From: a virus
Strand: one strand, 5' to 3'
DNA length: 11,659 nt
Virus genome (UHGV): UHGV-1582668
Position numbers and translations under genes: made by a program. Each line of letters opens with the position of its first letter. Position 1 is the stretch's first letter. Below are positions 8,498 to 11,659 of this stretch, one piece after another. The notes under the pieces are model-generated. The model was not told where the DNA came from. It worked only from the letters and a program-made list of their open reading frames with translations, and searched no databases.

Positions 8498-9913
8498 ATG
8501 GCTACGTGGCAACAGGGTATTAATTCTGGTGGTTTTCTGGCTGGCATCGGTACGCAAAATGAGAATGCGCCAAAGGCAAGCGACATTAACGCAACGCTTG
8601 GTCTGATCCGCGAAAACAATGAACTGGCTCGCTCAGGTGCAAATAACATTGGTCTGACCGCGTTACGTGGTCTGGCTGGAGTTGCTGATATTTACAATCA
8701 GGAACAGCAACAGAAAGCTATTAGTGCGTTCAATAAGGTTCACGCTGATGCATGGGCTTCTGGTGATCCATCTGGACTATTTAAGTTTGCCCAGGAAAAT
8801 CCAGCGTTTGTTGCACAGGCACAACAGGCGTTTTCCGGTCTTAATGAGCAGCAACGCAACGATATGGGCGATTTAGCCATGAGGGCTAACGTCGCTCTTT
8901 CCCAGGGACCGGAAGCCTACAGTAAATTCATTACTGACAACAAGGACAGGTTAAATCGCGTGGGGGCGAATGCTGACTGGATGATTCAGACAGGTATCCA
9001 GAATCCAGAGCAGCTATCACACATGCTGACTACTATGTCTCTCGGTGCGCTTGGACCAGAAAAGGCGTTTGCTGTTCAGGACAAGATGGCTGGTCGTGAA
9101 ATTGACCGAGGCAAACTGGCAGAGACAATCCGCAGCAATCAGGCTGGAGAAGCACTTCAGGCGAGAGGGCAAAACCTTTCCTATCAGTCAGCAATGACTG
9201 GGCACAATATCGCAGCACAACGCTTGGCTCTGGATCAGCAAGAGTTCGGGTTTAAGATGCAGCAAGCGCAGGAAAAGGCTCAGCAGTTGATTAGTGAAGC
9301 ACCTAAGCTGTCAGTAAACATGGAAAAAGGCATCGAGACGGCTGTAAACAATGCCACAGCATCATCAAACTCAGCCAATTCTATGAGTGCGCTTGCTCAA
9401 CAGTTCAGAGCAGAAAAACCAACGACAGGTTTGTTCGGTAACGCACAGAACATGTTCGCAAAACTTACCGGAAGCGATACGACATTGCGTGATTTGCGCA
9501 TCCGCCAAAATGCCCTTGTTAACAGTCAGGTTCTTAAATTCCTACCTCCCGGCCCAGCAACGGATAAAGACGTTGAGATCGTTCGACAGGGTGCGCCAAC
9601 TGACATGGATAACCCTGAGACGGTCGCAAGATGGCTTGATGCAATGGCAAACCTTGAGCGACGAAACGCGCAGTTTAATGAGTTTAAAGCCGAGTGGATG
9701 AGCGCGAATGGCAACCCTGGACAATCGCGTAATGGCGGTCAGATATTGGGGTTGGATGTTAAAAAAGGTGAATCACTGGGGAGTGCCGTTAAGCGGTATA
9801 TGTCAATGAATACTGACGCAGCGCCAGCACAAGATTCGACACCTTCAGGAGAACCACGGAATCAGGTTGGATCATATACCTCAAAATCAGGCATTCAATT
9901 TACGGTGGAATGA
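8498..9913 (+). CDS. Ejection (DNA transfer) protein, P22 gp20-like, 471 aa
   Basis: Same length as P22 gp20 as recalled and in the conserved order gp7, gp20, gp16. Shine-Dalgarno AAGGGG upstream; stop overlaps the next start (ATGA). Confidence 0.75.
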   Translation: MATWQQGINSGGFLAGIGTQNENAPKASDINATLGLIRENNELARSGANNIGLTALRGLAGVADIYNQEQQQKAISAFNKVHADAWASGDPSGLFKFAQENPAFVAQAQQAFSGLNEQQRNDMGDLAMRANVALSQGPEAYSKFITDNKDRLNRVGANADWMIQTGIQNPEQLSHMLTTMSLGALGPEKAFAVQDKMAGREIDRGKLAETIRSNQAGEALQARGQNLSYQSAMTGHNIAAQRLALDQQEFGFKMQQAQEKAQQLISEAPKLSVNMEKGIETAVNNATASSNSANSMSALAQQFRAEKPTTGLFGNAQNMFAKLTGSDTTLRDLRIRQNALVNSQVLKFLPPGPATDKDVEIVRQGAPTDMDNPETVARWLDAMANLERRNAQFNEFKAEWMSANGNPGQSRNGGQILGLDVKKGESLGSAVKRYMSMNTDAAPAQDSTPSGEPRNQVGSYTSKSGIQFTVE

Positions 9914-11523
9914 TGAAAGTAACTGCAAACGGTAAGACATTTACCTTTCCTGATGGTACGAGCACCGAAGATATTGGGGCCGCCATTGATGAGTATTTTG
10001 CTGGTCAGGCTGTTCAGCAACAAACAGTTAATCAGGCCAATAATGCACCAACACGGGAAGAACCATCATTGATGCAACAAGCTGGCGATTGGCTCACAGG
10101 TGGTCAAAGTGCAGGGCAAATTGCAGAACAGGCTGGTCGTGGTCTGGTAAACATACCATTTGACGTATTGCAGGGTGGCGCAAGTCTGATTAATGCAATC
10201 AGTCAGGGGCTTGGTGGTCCAAAAGTATTGGATGATGTCTATCGTCCAGTCGATCGACCGACAGACCCTTATGCGCAAACTGGAGAAACAATTGGCGGGT
10301 ATTTAGTTCCAGGAGTTGGAACGGCAGGAAGCATGGCTATTGGATCACTGGCAGAGGCCGCAAATCAGAAAGGCGATTTCGCACAAAATGCAGCAAAAAA
10401 TGCCGGAGTTAACCTTGCCGCTCAGGGGGTTCTTTCCGCAGCAGCAAAGGGAATAGGGCGTGGAATAACGGCTATAAAAGGTGATATTGCGCCAGAAGTG
10501 GCGAAGAAAATTGCCACATCAGAATCGATGGGCGTGACACCAATGACATCTGATGTTATCCCGCCGAAAAATGCTTTCACTCGCGGCCTTACTCAGGATG
10601 CCGAGGGGGCTTTGCTCGGGACAGGTTCAAAGCGTGCGGAGCAATATGCAAAAAGAAGTCAGCTAGTTAAAAAACAGCTTGAGAAATATGGTGAATATAG
10701 CCCATCAGTTGTTGTTGACGATCTGTATGGTTCTCTGAAGTCAAGGAAGGATTCAGCTGGAAGCGTTATTGAAGACATTACAACTAAAATGGGAGATACA
10801 CCTGTTGACACATCAAAATCCATTAAGGTTATCGACAACGTGCTTACCAGGGCTAACAGGCTTGGGAAAGTGGCAAATAAGGATTTGATTCGCGGGCTAT
10901 CCGATTTGCGAGAAGAGCTTGCTAAACCAGATGTAGATTTTGGACTATTGAGAGAGTTGCGGTCAGCATTAAGGGAAAGTATTCAGGGAGATGCCATGGT
11001 TTTTCCTAATAGCGCGAAAGCCGCAACTGATGCCGTGGAGAGGGCAATGGGTTCAGATTTGAGGAATAACGCAGCACGGTATTTGGGGGCTGGAGAGGCT
11101 GCCAGATACGTCAAAGCAAACTCTGACTACTCCAACGTCTTCAATAAGGTTCTCAATAAAAGGATTGCGAACAATCTCAACAAAGCTAAAAAAGAGTTTA
11201 CTCCAGAGCTAATAAACAGCGTTGTATTCAGCAGAAAACCATCAGATATTAAGAGGATATGGCCTGCTCTTAGTGAAGATGGAAAGAACGCTATGCGTGC
11301 TGCTTATATTAGCAAGATTGCAGAAAAGGCAGGAGACTCGCCAACAAAATTTCTTACCGAGTTAAATAAGTTGAAGTCGCAATCTGACGGTCAGATATAT
11401 AACACGATATTCAGTGGGAGACACATGAAAGAGCTTGATGCTCTTCATGAAGTTCTACAGCAAACAGCAAGGTCAGACATCGCAAATGTTGTAACTCAGA
11501 CAGGGCAATCGCAAGCCAACTGA
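9910..11523 (+). CDS. Ejection (DNA transfer) protein, P22 gp16-like, 537 aa; apparently 3'-truncated, with its stop codon supplied by the first three bases of the flanking IS end
   Basis: Third gene of the conserved ejection-protein trio. ORF ends on TGA at 11521-11523, which is exactly the terminal TGA of the IS inverted repeat, so the reading frame runs straight into the IS. P22 gp16 is about 609 aa as recalled, implying roughly 70 C-terminal codons are missing. Confidence 0.7.
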   Translation: MMKVTANGKTFTFPDGTSTEDIGAAIDEYFAGQAVQQQTVNQANNAPTREEPSLMQQAGDWLTGGQSAGQIAEQAGRGLVNIPFDVLQGGASLINAISQGLGGPKVLDDVYRPVDRPTDPYAQTGETIGGYLVPGVGTAGSMAIGSLAEAANQKGDFAQNAAKNAGVNLAAQGVLSAAAKGIGRGITAIKGDIAPEVAKKIATSESMGVTPMTSDVIPPKNAFTRGLTQDAEGALLGTGSKRAEQYAKRSQLVKKQLEKYGEYSPSVVVDDLYGSLKSRKDSAGSVIEDITTKMGDTPVDTSKSIKVIDNVLTRANRLGKVANKDLIRGLSDLREELAKPDVDFGLLRELRSALRESIQGDAMVFPNSAKAATDAVERAMGSDLRNNAARYLGAGEAARYVKANSDYSNVFNKVLNKRIANNLNKAKKEFTPELINSVVFSRKPSDIKRIWPALSEDGKNAMRAAYISKIAEKAGDSPTKFLTELNKLKSQSDGQIYNTIFSGRHMKELDALHEVLQQTARSDIANVVTQTGQSQAN

Positions 11524-11659
11524 ACCGCCCCGGGTTTCCTGGAGAGTATTTTATCTGTGAACTCAGGCTGCCAGATCATCGTTTCCGATGGAAGCATAAT
11601 AAGCTTTTTCTGCTTCTGCCGGAGGAGTATGGCCCAGCCTTTCCAGCAATCGTCGATTG
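11521..11659 (-). mobile_element. 3' terminal fragment of a second, inverted IS3-family insertion sequence copy (IS629/IS1203-like): transposase C-terminal 31 codons on the minus strand (11563..11658) plus terminal inverted repeat beginning TGAACCGCCCCGGG at 11521
   Basis: Exact reverse complement of positions 1-139 (139 of 139 nt). Same features as the left copy in the opposite orientation; the element body must lie right of the window. Confidence 0.8.

Noticed and set aside
389-9724. Numerous minus-strand and alternate-frame ORFs of 60 to 174 aa inside the portal, scaffold, coat, gp10, gp7 and gp20 genes (for example 389..736 -, 1730..2254 -, 2923..3321 -, 4432..4818 -, 7137..7478 -, 8046..8357 -)
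   Set aside because: All are fully embedded in well-supported + strand genes, lack convincing ribosome-binding sites, and have the Cys/Arg/Ser-rich composition typical of out-of-frame translation. I treat them as artefacts of the six-frame track.
140-11520. A hidden defence, toxin-antitoxin or other accessory system (moron) within the block
   Set aside because: Every ORF with a ribosome-binding site falls into the conserved P22-like virion gene order, and intergenic space is limited to one 90-bp gap and the terminator. There is no unexplained coding capacity and no nuclease, ATPase, methylase or reverse-transcriptase-like protein.
1-11659. The terminal inverted repeats as a phage feature (terminal repeats, att sites) or as the boundary of a site-specific invertible switch of the Hin/Gin/Cin type
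   Set aside because: The repeat encodes a transposase C-terminus and ends in IS3-type TG...CA termini. Invertase systems use short crossover sites of about 26 bp with an adjacent serine recombinase gene, which is absent, and P22-like phages package by headful without long terminal inverted repeats.
1-11659. tRNA, rRNA or CRISPR repeats
   Set aside because: No cloverleaf-like structured non-coding stretch and no short direct repeat-spacer periodicity are visible; the window is almost entirely protein-coding.

Overview
The window is an 11.4 kb block of P22-like (short-tailed phage) virion genes, all on the + strand, bounded at both edges by a perfect 139-bp inverted repeat that I read as the 3' end of an IS3-family insertion sequence. 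Gene order is portal, scaffold, coat, a small ORF, then the P22 gp4/gp10/gp26 tail-hub and needle genes, a gp14-position ORF, and the three ejection proteins (gp7/gp20/gp16-like). The genes are tightly packed with Shine-Dalgarno sites and 1-4 nt stop/start overlaps, and a strong intrinsic terminator follows the coat gene. The two boundary genes appear cut by the IS ends: the portal gene lacks its native 5' end and the gp16-like gene ends on a TGA supplied by the IS terminus. The most likely reading is a defective prophage remnant bracketed by two inverted IS copies. I found no tRNA, rRNA, CRISPR array, integrase, lysis, immunity or recognisable defence gene, and no unexplained coding capacity, so I do not see an undescribed system here; the IS-bracketed architecture is the notable feature. 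All homology statements come from reading the translations and from memory of the P22 family, not from a database search.
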